This document shows, piece after piece, positions 27,676-40,043 of a DNA stretch of 64,000 bases. The stretch lies in contig OZ024741.1 of NCBI GenBank assembly GCA_964016885.1, forward strand, positions 4,092,001 to 4,156,000, in the 5' to 3' direction. The notes beneath the pieces are model-generated. The model was not told where the DNA came from and searched no databases. It saw nothing but the letters and a program-made list of their open reading frames with translations. The DNA comes from Eledone cirrhosa. Lineage: Eukaryota. Each line of letters opens with the position of its first letter. Within the stretch, counting starts at the first letter, position 1. The translations under genes and the position numbers were made by a program.

Positions 27676-30600
27676 CTACAGGATGGTATACAGAGGAGGC
27701 CCATTTACACGAGCCATTCTCGCCACTATCACCCACCTTTCATAAAACTGCCTGTGGCCAAGCACCTCTCTCTCCATTCTTATCCTTCTTCCGAAGTGAT
27801 ATCGGAAGAAGTAGACCAGACTATGGCCAGAGAGGAAGTTGCCTGACCTCAGACCTTTCAATCGTGTCCACCAAACAACCTCTTTCAACATGGCTATTAT
27901 GCACAGAAAAATCGCCTTTGCTTCCTTTGTGAAGAGGGGAGGCGGCTTGATTGTTATCACGGACTCGGTGGTCAATCGAATCGGCGCCACCCGCGACAGC
28001 AGTCGTTCGCCGTAGCCCCACAGATCAGCCACGCCCGGACAGTGCACCAATGCGTGCGCAACGGTTTCTTCGTGCGCACGCATCTAGGGCAAATCTTTTT
28101 CGAGGGATCCCTGCCCGGGCACCCGTGTCTGTAGAGCTTTTCTCGAACGGTGACTTCTGGAAGTTGTCCATTGGTCCCGGGCCGAAAGTCCTACCAAACA
28201 GGCTGGCCAGTTCGTCCTCTTCCATGTCCAGCGACTCTCCAAGGGTGTCATCGCTCCTGCTAGCCACCAGCCCTCTATAGAATGACGAGGTGGAGTCTCC
28301 ACTGATGGCCGGGTCCGCTTGCCAGAGAGCCCTGAGCGCCTGGGCACACTCAGTGTGCCAGTCGCCCAGTTTTCCGGATCTTTGCTTGACCCAGGACTGC
28401 AGCTCGGTGAGCGAGACGAGTCTCGGAAAGGCTCGTCTCACGAACGGAGCCCACACCGGTTGACCAGTGAGGAATACTTGTAAGTGCCGTAGCCTTAATG
28501 CGTGCCTACGCATCATCAACCACGGCATCCCCAGCCCTCCTTTCGAAGGTTGTTGGCAGCAGATGGATCTTCTCACCATAGGAGGGCGCTCCTTCCAAAG
28601 AAATTGAAAGAGCATGCGTTCCATGGTGGTGAGTGTTTCCTTAGGGCAAGGCACGACAGTCAGGCGGTAGTAGGTGACGGACGCTATGTAAATGTTCGCC
28701 ACCTCCGCCCGACCTTTCAGGGACAGCTTACACTTGGACAATTTCTGGGTCAGTGCAAACACCTTGTTCGTAACCTCGCCCCAGTTCTTTTCCACCTGGA
28801 GGTCCGGTCCAAACCAGACCCCAAGCAACTTCACCGGGCCCTCCGTCCAGTGTCCGACCACACCGTCGAGAGGCATTGGTCTGCCTCTCCACGTTCCGAG
28901 TTGCAGCCCGATGGATTTTTCCCGGTTCAGTTTCACTCCTGACAACCTTTCGTATTCCTCCAGTAAGGTACCGATCGCCTCGATCTCCGAGTCGGTCGAT
29001 ACCATTACTGTTACGTCATCGGCGTAGGCCGACACAGTTTTGCTCAATCCTGGTTCCAGGGGGATACCCTGCAACAACTCCAACTTCCTCAGTAAAGGCT
29101 CGAGAGTCAATACGTACAGAAGGGAGGAGAGAGGGCACCCCTGTCGAATGGATCGTGTGATTTCGAACGGCTTCGAAAGGTAGCCGTTCACCTTGATCCT
29201 AGAACAGATGTGGTTGCTATGTAAGGCAGTGATCCAGCCTCTGAAAACAGGACCGAACCCAGCCGCCACTAGCACCGCATCCAGGTAACCATGGTCGACC
29301 CTATCGAACGCCTTAGACTGATCCAAGTTGATCAGGGCCCCACCGAAGCCGGGTTTGTTGCCAACCCTCTCTATGATGTATCGCATGAGGTGGAGGTTGT
29401 CGTGAATGGACCTGGATGGGATAGCACATGTCTGCGCATCTCCCACCAAGCCACCCACGACAAGCGCCAACCTCTTTGCTAACACCTTGGCCAAAATCTT
29501 TAACTCTGTGTTTAGCAGGGTTATGGGCCGAAAATTATTTATACTATCCCCCTTGTTCTCGTCCTTTCTCACCAGCGAGACTACGCCCTTGGCTACAGAA
29601 CAAGGAATTTTCCCGTTCTGCTGCCAATTGCAGTAGACTGCTTCGAGGAGTTCGGAGAAGAAGACCGGCATTGCTAAATAAAGTTCGTAAGGTATACCAT
29701 CGAGACCTGGAGATTTGCGTCTGCTGCATTGGCTCAGCGCATCCCCGATCTCATCAGCCAAGATTGGTCCCTCGCAGGACTCTGCCTCTTCGCTCGAGAG
29801 ACGTGGCAGGCCGTCGAGGTATGGACCGAAATTCACGTCCCCACCCGGACCCTCCCCTCCCTCGAACAATCGGGCAAAGTGCCTTTGAAAGGCCTCATAC
29901 ATCTGCTTAGGCTCCCGGATCACCCGTCCATCCTCATCTTGCAAAGACCGGATGGTGGATCGATTTCCACTCTTAGCTTCTGTCACGCGGGCCCAGCCAA
30001 CGGCTTTGGCCCCCTCATTACCTAGAGCACGTATTTTACTTCGAATGACGCAGCCTTCGTGCTTTGCATCGAAAAACTGGCTCAAGGCCGTCCTCGATGC
30101 CAGTACTCTGGCCACATCTTCGCTCTTGATTGCCTCTTCTAATTTACCTGTTAATTCTTTCTCGTTTCTATTCCTATCGGCAGCTAACATCTTGCTATAA
30201 CTTATTGATTCTGTTCTAATCTCTCTTTTGAGAGATGCCCACCATCGGTTGTTGACTATTGCACCCGTCAACCTCTCCTTAACTAATCTGCTAATCCGGT
30301 CTCTGTAAGCCTCGTTTGCCGGTAAAGACAAATTAAGTTTCCAGTAACCGGGACCCTGTTTATGTGTTCTCTCGAGATTGACTACGCAGGTCACTAATTT
30401 GTGATCTGTATAGCCAACCGTGAGCATTTCTGGACAGCTTAATATGTCCCTATCCTTACTTCTAACTAAGAATCTATCTGAGTACGATCTAGATTGACCA
30501 CTGTGGTTCGTCCAAGTCCAGGTTGGCACAGTTGGAAAATCTAGTCGATATCTATCGACCAAGTTAAAACGGTTGAGTAACCCCTTGAGGCTGTTACACC

Positions 30601-31081
30601 CCCCTCTATTAGGACATGCTCCTGCATAGTCCCAACGTGCATCTAGGATGTCATTCCAGTCCCCCGCTAGAAGCAGGGAACGCGACGTTCCCAGAAAAGT
30701 CTCCAGACGCTGGAAGAAGTCGGGTCGTTCAGCTCCGAAAGAGGAGTAGATGGCGACCAGTCTCAAGGCCGCACCTCCACTACTGCCAACGTCTAGCACC
30801 AACAAACGACCTTCCGGGTCCGAGTGAACAACCTGTACGGCGAGACCCAGATATTTTTCCAGCAGTACGACAACCCCACCCCCACCTCCAGGTTGACAGA
30901 GAGATGCGTGCACCTCAAAGTCATCGAAGGTAGGGGCCAGCTGCCGCACGACGCTGATCCGAGTCTCACAGATAACCATTACATTTATACCACGTGACCT
31001 GAGGTCATTTAGAAGCTTTGCTTGCTTCCAAGTTGAGCCCAGGCCACGTGCATTCAAACATCCTACTCTTAACACATCCAT
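27676..31081 (-). pseudogene. Tx1 ORF2 (APE endonuclease, RT, C-terminal Cys/His domain), frameshifted by an ~30-nt deletion near 28148
   Basis: LNARGL, GDWN, TDHKLV, GPGYWKLN, NFRPITLLN, DQSKAFDRVDH, RQGCPLS, AYADDV, GGLG. Confidence 0.92.
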
Positions 31082-31114
31082 GTGGGCGGCAAAGCCAAAG
31101 GAGAGTGTAGAGAC

Positions 31115-32920
31115 CTACCTTTCTGCTTCCCGGGGTTCGGGTCGCACGACTTCCATGGGGTCGGGGGTGTTGGGTGAAGGGGTGTCTTGTGGTGGTGTGG
31201 GGTCGTCAGTGTGTGGTGGGGTTGGGGTGTTTGGAGTTGTGTTGGGGAGGGGAAGGGGAGGGGGAAAGCTTTTTAGGAGGACGCGGTTTGTGGGTTTGAC
31301 AGAGGGTGGTCCTACGTTCTCCTTAAAATCCTTTTTTAGTTTTTGGTAGAGGTTCATTGGGATCTTTATTAATTTTAAATGTGGGTAGTTTTCTGAAGAA
31401 ACAAAGTTTACCCCTTCGGTTTGTACCGAAGGGTTATTGTTTATGAGTTCATTTAATTTATTATTGTTTCTGTTGATGTTAGTATAGTGTAATGTCTTTT
31501 TTTCGGATGGTGTGAGTGTTTCGAAGAGGGGAGGGGCAGGTTTTGTTTTGTTTGTTGCTGGAGGGGTGTTTTGTGTTTTGTTGGATTGTGTTGACATTTG
31601 GGTAGGGGCTGTTTTTCCTTGTGTGTTTTGCACATGTTTTCTTTTTTTCCTTTTAATCTGTCTGAAGGACTCCGTTTCTTCCTCCGAATTCGTTGGGTTA
31701 TCTTCAGTGTTGGAGGGAAGAGGTATGTTTGCTGGTAATGTTTCCGTGTTAGTTTTCTTTGTAGGGGAGATGGATGTCACTATGTTAGACTGTGTTGTGT
31801 GTTGTGGCTGCGGTGGTTGTGTTGTTTTATTGAGTGAGGGGTTGGGTGGGACTGTGTTTTGTTTTGGGTAATGTGTTGTGTCTGTTTGTGTTGTGGTGGT
31901 GGTGTAGTTTTACTGAGGGACGGGTTGGGTGGGACTGAGTTTTGTTGTTTGTTTATCTGTTGTGGTGGTGGTGGAGCTGGTGTTGGTAGCAGGGTTTTCT
32001 TCTTGTTGAGTTGGGGACAAGCCGCCTTCAGGTGCCCTCTGCCTGCACAGATATGACAGGACGGCCTTCTCCCCTCCACGCTAATGTTTATATACCCGTG
32101 GCCCTCTAATAGGATTCTGTCGGGTATTTGGGCAATGCGTTCAGGCTTCATTTGCACTACAAGTTCTATACCTGTTCCACTGAACGCATTGCCTGTGGTT
32201 TTCCTAATGGAAATCACGTTGTCATTCGCTGGATCGATGAAGCCAGCTATGAGCCAGCAGTAGTCCATATCTGGCATCATCGCATCCAGCCATATGCGGT
32301 GAGTTCTTTTACCCATATAAGATGGATAAAAGGTAAAATTTGTCGAACGAATTGGCGACAAAGCATATTTTTTTGCCGTTGATTCGTTCTTCATAATAAT
32401 CGCTAGGCTTCCATACAGCCTGTCTCTTCTTATGAAAGTGGCTTCATTAAGTACTTCTCTAAGTACCGCTTTAGTTTCTGCTTGTGTTGGTTGTTGTGGT
32501 TTTTTTGAAATGTTGTTGATGGTGCGGAAAACGACCGCCCGACTTTCAATATCTTTGGTGAGTTCTTGGGGCATTTTTACCGACAAGGTTTCATTTTCCC
32601 CTTGAGTTATGAATTGTTTGGCGTTTTTTATTCTTTGTGCCACATCTGAAATATTTTCAGGTATGTACGTTAGAAATCTTTTTGTTGTTTGTGCAAATGA
32701 GCTGTTATTGGTGTTGACTTTGTCGTCTGTTTTGCTTTCTGTTATGATGTTGTTTTCAAATGTTATTTTTGTGTTTGTTGTTTCTTTGTTTGTGGTATTA
32801 ATATTGTCATGCAATTCTTTCAAATTTTTGTTGTTGTTGGAATTAATCTCCAGATTTGTGTTTTCGTCATTTTTCTCCGCACATTCGTCTGTTTTTATTT
32901 TATTTTTTTCTTTCCTTCTC
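31115..32920 (-). pseudogene. Tx1 ORF1 (zinc-knuckle RNA-binding protein), frameshifted
   Basis: CHICAGRGHLKAAC (CX2CX4HX4C), Pro/Gln-rich linker, KRKKRK. Split over ORFs 31780-32823 and 31115-31780. Confidence 0.85.
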
Positions 32921-33263
32921 TATGACGTTAGTTGGGAAGGAAGGGGGGGGGGACTAAAGCGTGCGAGCTTACAACTCTTACCGCTGTCCCCCCACCACTA
33001 TTTTCGTTAGCTTCATTTAACATTTCTCCCAGACGATTGAAATTTTATGCAACAACATTTTTTAAAAACAGGTTTTTCACCCCTGGGAGGGGCGAAAATG
33101 AGCTTACCCACCGCCTGACAGTTCAGACGAGGGGTCAAGCTACACAATAGTATCAAAATTAAAATTACAAAATTTCCGCAATAAATTGGAACAAAACTTC
33201 TGCACGAAGTGAATTACGTCTACGCTATCTAACAGACGACAGCTAGATAATAGATAGATAGAT

Positions 33264-33447
33264 ATGTTTCTTTTATTTGCCACCAGGGCATCAAAAGTGG
33301 GACAAGTACAATGGGGGGAGTTTACACAACAAGGCGTCCTCAATAGGGAGGAGGCAATAACAATATATAAAAATAAAATAAAATATAACAAAAAATAGAA
33401 TTATAGCAAAATCCTCAATAGAGGATTTTGTTATAAAATATAACAAA
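33264..33447 (-). mobile_element. Tx1 3' UTR stub (subfamily A)
   Basis: Matches 40464-40625 and is flanked by (GATA)n. Confidence 0.82.
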
Positions 33448-33463
33448 AGATAGATAGATAGAT

Positions 33464-33932
33464 ATATTTCTTTATTAGCCACAGGGGCACAAAAGAAGGG
33501 GACAAATACAAAGGGGGAAGTTTACATACAATAAAAACGTGTAAAATGTTATCACAGATGGAATTTAAAAGTTAGTCGATTTTCCCCAATAGAGGGAGAC
33601 AGTTTATATGGGTAACACAGACCCCCGAAAAAAAATGTGCAACCCTCATCTCCAGGAGTACGAAGAGCTTGTACTCCTTTCCTCTCCTCCTCCTTTTCCT
33701 CAACCTACAGGCTGATATAGAGAGAAGGCCCATTCACTCGGGCCATTCTCGCCACTTTCACCCACCTTTCATAAAACTTGCTGGGGTACAGCACCTCTCT
33801 CTCCATCCTGATTCTTCTTCCAAAGTGGTATTTGAAAAAAAGAATCAGTTGTTGGCCGGAGAGAAAGGTGTCTGACCTCAGCCCTTTCAACCTTGTCCAC
33901 CATACAACCTCTTTCGCCATAGCTATCACACA

Positions 33933-33934
<2 letters not shown>
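33464..33934 (-). mobile_element. Tx1 3' fragment (subfamily B)
   Basis: B-type UTR plus ORF2 end, followed by (GATA)n at 33935-33988. Confidence 0.88.
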
Positions 33935-33988
<54 letters not shown>

Positions 33989-33990
<2 letters not shown>

Positions 33991-34621
33991 TTCTTTATTT
34001 ACCATAAAGGCATAAAAAGAAGGGACAAATACAAAGGGGGAGTTTACATATAATCGAGTAAAAAGGGTGTAACATGAAAATAATCGAAAGTAACCTCAAA
34101 AGGGAGGGGACGTGATGGGGGTTGCACACACCCCCGAAAAAGTGTGCAATCCTTTGCCCGGGGAGCACATGGAGAAGGTACTCCCCTCTCCTTTACTTCT
34201 TTACCTACAGGATGGTATACAGAGAAGGCCCATTTACACGAGCCATTCTCGCCACTATCACCCACCTTTCATAAAACTGCCTGTGGCCAAGCACCTCTCT
34301 CTCCATTCTTATCCTTCTTCCGAAGTGATATCGGAAGAAGTAGACCAGACTATGGCCAGAGAGGAAGTTGCCTGACCTCAGACCTTTCAATCGTGTCCAC
34401 CAAACAACCTCTTTCAACATGGCTATTACGCACAGAAAAACCGCCTTTGCTTCCTTTGTGAAGAGGGGAGGCGGTTTGATTGTCATCACGGACTCGGTGG
34501 TCAATTTAATCGGCGCCACCCGCGACAGCAGTCGTTCGGCGTAGCCCCACAGATCAGCCACGCCCGGACATTGCACCAATGCGTGCGCTACGGTTTCTTC
34601 GTGACGCACGCATCTAGGGCA

Positions 34622-34622
<1 letters not shown>
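33989..34622 (-). mobile_element. Tx1 3' fragment (subfamily C)
   Basis: Matches 27459-28092 and is followed by (GATA)n. Confidence 0.88.
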
Positions 34623-34664
<42 letters not shown>

Positions 34665-34901
34665 TATTTCTTTATTAGCCACAGGGGCACAAAAGAAGGG
34701 GACAAATACAAAGGGGGAAGTTTACATACAATAAAAACGTGTAAAATGTTATAAAATATAACAAAAAATAAAATTTATAACAAAATCCTCAATAGAGAGG
34801 AGGCGCCTTGGGGGGTCGCACACACTCCCGAAAAAAGTGTGCAACCCTTTTCCTCAGGAGCACAGAGAGGGGGTGCTCCCTCGTTCCTTCCTCTTTTCCA
34901 C

Positions 34902-37900
34902 CTACAGGCTTATGTAAAGAGAAGGCCCATTCACACGGGCCATTCTCGCCACTTTCACCCACCTTTCATAAAAACGACTGGGGTGCAGCACCTCTCTCTC
35001 CATCCTGATCCTTCTTCCGAAATGATATCGGAAGAAACGGACCAGTTGTTGGCCAGAGAGAAAGGTGCCTGACCTCAGTCCTTTCAGACGCGTCCACCAT
35101 ACAACCTCTTTCGCCATGGCTATTACGCACAGAAACACCGCCTCTGCTTCATCTTTGAAGGGGGGAGGCGGCTTGATCATTACAATAGACTCGGTGGTCA
35201 ACCGGATCGGTCCCACCCTTGACAGCAGTTGTTCGACATAGCCCCACAGATCGGCTACGCCCGAGCAGTGTACCAATGCGTGTGCAACGGTTTCCTCGTC
35301 GCACACGCATCTGGGACAGATCTTTTTGGCGGGGTCCCTACCCGGGCGCCCGTGTCTGTAGAGCCTTTCTCGAACGGGTAAAGCTCCTCGGTAGCACTGC
35401 CAGGCCAGGGACTTCTGGAAGTTGTCCATAGGTCCCGGGCTGAATGTCCTACCGAACAGGCTGGCCAGTTCGTCCTCCTCCATGTCTAGGGCTTCTCCGA
35501 GGGCGTCGTCGCACCTGCTGCGTACCAGCCCTCTATAGAATGTTGCGGTGGAGTCTCCACTGATAACCGGATCCGCCTGCCAGAGGGCGGTGAGCGCCTG
35601 GGCACACTCAGTGTGCCAGGCGCCCAGTTTTCTCGGTCTTTGCTTGACCCAGGATTGCAGCTCGGTGAGTGAGACGAGTCTGGGAAAGGTTCGTCTCACA
35701 AACGAGGCCCACACCGGTTGTCCGGTGAGGAATACGTAGAGGTACCGTAGCCTTAATGCATGTTTACGCATCATTAGCCACGGCATCCCCAGCCCTCCTT
35801 TCGAAGGGTGTTGACAGCAGATGGATCTCCTCACCATAGGAGCCCGCCTCTTCCAAAGGAATTGGAAGAGCGCGCGCTCCATCTTGGTGAGGGTTTCCCT
35901 TGGGCAGGGCACTACGGTCAGGCGGTAGTAGATGACGGACGCTATGTAGGTGTTCGCCACCTCCGCCCGACCTTTCAGGGATAGTTTGCAACTGGCCCAC
36001 TTCTGGGTCAGTGCAAACACCCTGTTCGTAACCTCCGCCCAGTTTTTCTCCACCTGGAGGTCCGGTCCGAACCAGACCCCGAGCAACTTCACCGGGCCCT
36101 CCGTCCAGCGTCCGACGACGCCATCGGAGGGCATCGGTCTGCCCCTCCACGTGCCGAGTTGCAAACCGATCGACTTGTCCCGGTTCAGCTTAGCCCCTGT
36201 GAACTTTTCGTACTCCTCCAGTAAGGTGCCGACCGCCTCGATTTCGGAGGCCGTCGACACCATTACTGTCACGTCATCGGCGTAGGCCGACACCGCTTTC
36301 CGCAATCTCGGTTCCAAAGGGATGCCCTGCAACAACTCCAACTTCCGCAGTAGTGGCTCGAGAGTCAACACATACAGAAGGGAGGAGAGAGGGCACCCTT
36401 GTCGGATGGACCGCGCGATTTTGAACGGCTCCGAGAGGTAGCCGTTCACCTTGACCCTAGAGCAGATGCGGCTGCTGTGCATAGCAGTGATCCAGCCCCT
36501 GAAAACGGGTCCGAAGCCTGCCGCCGCTAGCACCGCATCCAGGTAACCATGGTCGACCCTATCGAACGCCTTAGATTGATCCAAGTTGATCAGAGCCCCA
36601 CCAAAGCCGGGTTCGTTCCCAACCCTCTCTATGATGTATCGCATGAGGTGGAGGTTGTCATGGATGGACCTGGACGGGATAGCGCATGTCTGCGCATCTC
36701 CCACCAGGTTGCCCACGACAAGCGCCAACCTCTTTGCTAGCACCTTGGCCAAAATCTGTAACTCTGTATTTAGCAGAGTTATGGGCCTGAAGTTACTTAT
36801 TTCGTCCCCCTTGTTCTCGTCCTTCCTCACTAGCGTGACTACGCCCTTGGTCACAGTACAGGGAATTCTCCCGTTCTGTTGCCAGTTGCAGTAGACCGCC
36901 TCGAGGAGATCGGGGAACAAGTCCGGCATAGCTAGATATAATTCGTAAGGAAGACCATCGAGACCCGGGGATTTGCGTTTGCCGCATTGGCTCAGCACGT
37001 CCTCTATCTCAGCGGCCGAAATCGGCTCCTCGCAGGACTTCGCCTCCCTGTCCGAGAGGCGCGGCAGGCTGTCGAGGTATGGACCGAAGTCCACGTTCCC
37101 AACCGGCTCCCCGCCCCTCCCGAACAGTCGGGCAAAGTGCCTTTGAAAGGCCTCACACATCTGCTTAGGCTCAAGAATCGCCCGTCCATCCAGGTCTCGC
37201 AAAGACCGGATGGTGGATTTAGTTCCACTGTTGGCCTCTGTCACGCGGGCCCAGCCAACAGCTTTGGCCCCCTCGTTCCCTAGAGCACGTATTTTACTTC
37301 GGACAACGCAGCCTTCGTGCTTCGCGTCGAAAAACTGGCTCAAAGCCGTTCTCGACGCTAGCACTCTGGCCACGTCGCCGCTTCTAATTGCCTCTTCTAC
37401 TCTATCTATTAGCTCCCTTTCCTTCCTATTCCTATCCGCAGCTAGAACCTTACTAAATTCAATCGAGACTACTCTAATCTCTCTCTTTAGAGATACCCAC
37501 CACCTGCTGTTGACGATCGCTCCAGTCAACCGTTCCTTAACTAACGTACTAATCCGATTCCTGTAGGCTCTACTTGCCGGCAAGGACAAGTTGAGCTTCC
37601 AGTAACCGGGGCCCTGTCTATGCGTTCTATCAAGGTTGACCATGCAGGTCACCAACTTGTGGTCTGAATAGCCAACCATGAGCATTTCTGGACAACTTAA
37701 AAAGTCCCTGTCCTTATTTCTAACTAAAAATCTATCTAGGTACGATCTAGATGATCCGCTGCGATTTGACCAAGACCAGGTTGGCACCGTCGGAAAATCT
37801 AGTCGAAATCTATCGGCCAGGTCAAATCGGCCGAGTAACCCCTTGAGGCTGTTGCACCCCTCTCTATCGGGACATGCCCCTGCATAGTCCCAACGTGCAT

Positions 37901-38333
37901 CCAGGATACCATTCCAATCCCCCACTAAAAGCAGGGAACGGGACGTCCCTAGAAAAGACTCCAGACGCTGGAAAAAGTCGGGCCGCTCTGTCCCAAAAGG
38001 GGCATATGCGGCTATCAGCCTAAAGGCTCTACCTTCACCACTGCCAAGGTCCAGCACCACCAGTCGACCCCCTGGGTCCAAGTGAACTATCTGTGTTGCA
38101 AGGCCCATATGTTTTTGCAGCAGAACGACAACCCCACCTCCGGGCTGACAGAGAGATGCGTGCATCTCAAAGTCGTCAAAGGTGGGGGCTAGCTGTCGCA
38201 TGCTGCTGATCCGGGCCTCGCAGATAACCATCACATTTATAGATTGTGACCTGAGGTCATTTAGAAGCATTGCTTGCTTCCAAGACGAGCCCAGGCCACG
38301 CGCATTTAGACACCCCACTCTTAGCACAGCCAT
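34902..38333 (-). CDS. Tx1 ORF2p: APE endonuclease, reverse transcriptase, C-terminal CCHC (CPRC..H...C), 1143 aa from the ATG
   Basis: Open frame with all APE and RT motifs (GDWN, YLDR, SDH, QSKAFDRV, QGCPLS, YADD). The ATG at 38333 aligns with the ORF2 start of the other copies. Confidence 0.95.
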   Translation of the reverse strand: MAVLRVGCLNARGLGSSWKQAMLLNDLRSQSINVMVICEARISSMRQLAPTFDDFEMHASLCQPGGGVVVLLQKHMGLATQIVHLDPGGRLVVLDLGSGEGRAFRLIAAYAPFGTERPDFFQRLESFLGTSRSLLLVGDWNGILDARWDYAGACPDREGCNSLKGLLGRFDLADRFRLDFPTVPTWSWSNRSGSSRSYLDRFLVRNKDRDFLSCPEMLMVGYSDHKLVTCMVNLDRTHRQGPGYWKLNLSLPASRAYRNRISTLVKERLTGAIVNSRWWVSLKREIRVVSIEFSKVLAADRNRKERELIDRVEEAIRSGDVARVLASRTALSQFFDAKHEGCVVRSKIRALGNEGAKAVGWARVTEANSGTKSTIRSLRDLDGRAILEPKQMCEAFQRHFARLFGRGGEPVGNVDFGPYLDSLPRLSDREAKSCEEPISAAEIEDVLSQCGKRKSPGLDGLPYELYLAMPDLFPDLLEAVYCNWQQNGRIPCTVTKGVVTLVRKDENKGDEISNFRPITLLNTELQILAKVLAKRLALVVGNLVGDAQTCAIPSRSIHDNLHLMRYIIERVGNEPGFGGALINLDQSKAFDRVDHGYLDAVLAAAGFGPVFRGWITAMHSSRICSRVKVNGYLSEPFKIARSIRQGCPLSSLLYVLTLEPLLRKLELLQGIPLEPRLRKAVSAYADDVTVMVSTASEIEAVGTLLEEYEKFTGAKLNRDKSIGLQLGTWRGRPMPSDGVVGRWTEGPVKLLGVWFGPDLQVEKNWAEVTNRVFALTQKWASCKLSLKGRAEVANTYIASVIYYRLTVVPCPRETLTKMERALFQFLWKRRAPMVRRSICCQHPSKGGLGMPWLMMRKHALRLRYLYVFLTGQPVWASFVRRTFPRLVSLTELQSWVKQRPRKLGAWHTECAQALTALWQADPVISGDSTATFYRGLVRSRCDDALGEALDMEEDELASLFGRTFSPGPMDNFQKSLAWQCYRGALPVRERLYRHGRPGRDPAKKICPRCVCDEETVAHALVHCSGVADLWGYVEQLLSRVGPIRLTTESIVMIKPPPPFKDEAEAVFLCVIAMAKEVVWWTRLKGLRSGTFLSGQQLVRFFRYHFGRRIRMEREVLHPSRFYERWVKVARMARVNGPSLYISL

Positions 38334-38357
38334 GTTGGTGGTAAAGAGAAAAGGCAC

Positions 38358-40002
38358 TTACCTCTCTGCGTCCCGGGAAACGGGCCGCTCAATTTCCATG
38401 CTGGTTGGGGATGGGTTGTTGGGTGGGGTTGTGGTTTGTGGAAGTGAAGGGGCATCGGTGTGTTGTGGGGTTGGGGTGTTTGTCGTTGAGTGGGTGTCTG
38501 GGTGGGGTGGGGGGGTGAAATTTTTTAGGAGGACGCGGTTGATTGGTTTGGCGCAGGGGGGCCCACGTCCTCCGTGAAATTTATTTTCAGTGTTTTGTAC
38601 AAGTGCATTGGGACTTTTATCATTTTCAAATGAGGTAGTCCCACAGCAGTTATAAAGTTTGGCCCTTCAGTTTGGACCGAAGGGTTTGCTGAAATTGTTT
38701 TCCGTAATTCTTTGTTGTCTGTGTTCATGTATGTGTATTGTAAGGTCTTTTTTTGTGTAGCAGTTAGTGTTGTGTGACAGGGAGGGGTGGTTTGTGTGTA
38801 GTTTGTGTTCTCTTGGGGGGGATTAAAGTTAACATGTGTGTCTGTGGTGCGTCTCCTCTTCTTTCTTTTTACTTGTTGGAAGGGATCTTTTTCGTCTTGC
38901 GACGAAAGAGGTTCGTCTTCCTTGTTGGGTGGGAGGGGTATGTTTTCTGGTAGTGTTTGCGGTGTGCGTGTTTTTGTATTTGTTTTGGGTGGGGAGGGAT
39001 TGGGTGGGACAGTATTCTGTGTTATTTTTTCACGTGTTTGTTGTTGTTGTTGTTGTGGTGGTGGTGGTGGTGGGGTTGTTGGTTTTTGTTGTTGTTGTGG
39101 TTGTTTTTGTTGTTGTAGTTGGGGTGGTGTTGGTGTTGGTAGCAGTGTTTTTTTCTGTGTGAGCTGGGGACAGGCAGCCCTCAGGTGACCTCTATTGCCA
39201 CAGAGGTAACAGGAGGGACGCCTACCCTCCACAATAATGTTGAGGTGGGTACGGTCATCCAGCATGACGCGCTCAGGGATTTGGGCGATGCGTTCTGGCC
39301 TTATTTGGGTCAGAACTTCGAGGCTCGTTCCACTGAACGCGTCGCCGGATGCCTTCCCTATTGAGATGAGGTTGTCCTCGTCTAAATTGAGGAAACCGGT
39401 TAGTAACCACCAGTAGTTTATGTTTGGGGTGATGGTGGTTATCCATATCCTCTGGGTTTTTTTACCCATGTAGGTGGGGAAGAAGGTGTAGTGTGTGGAC
39501 CGAATTGGCGACACAGAGTATTTTTTTGCCGCCAATTCGTCTTTCATCAATATGGATAAACTCCCATAGAGTTTATCCTTTTGTATGAAAGTGATGTCTC
39601 TCATCGCGTCTTTCAAGACTAACTGAATTTCCGCTTGAGATGGTTGCGCTGGTTTCTTTGTTTTATTTAAAATTGTTCGGAATACGACAGTTCGTAATTC
39701 CGTCTGTCTTTTTAGCTCCGGAGGTGAATGTATAGAAAACGAACCGTTTTCGCCAAAAGACACATATTTCTTGGCTTTTTCCAGCATTTCTTTTGCTTTT
39801 GAAATATCTTCCAGCACATAAGCGACTGATAATTTAGCCGTTTGTGCAAAAGATATTTTGTTTTCGTTTTGGATATTAGTATTGTTTTGTTTCTCGTCGT
39901 TTGAGTTGTTTTCATCTTTGTTGTTGTTGTTGTCTTTCTCGTTTCGTGTGTGGATACTTGTGACGTTTGTGTTGTTGTTGTTTTTGTTGTCTTTATTGTT
40001 GC

Positions 40003-40043
<41 letters not shown>

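Larger units (their letters stand above)
27459..33243 (-). mobile_element. Full-length Tx1-clade LINE (subfamily C), disabled
   Basis: 5' UTR, ORF1 with CCHC knuckle, ORF2 APE-RT-Cys domain and 3' UTR. Flanked by GATA repeats. Confidence 0.93.
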
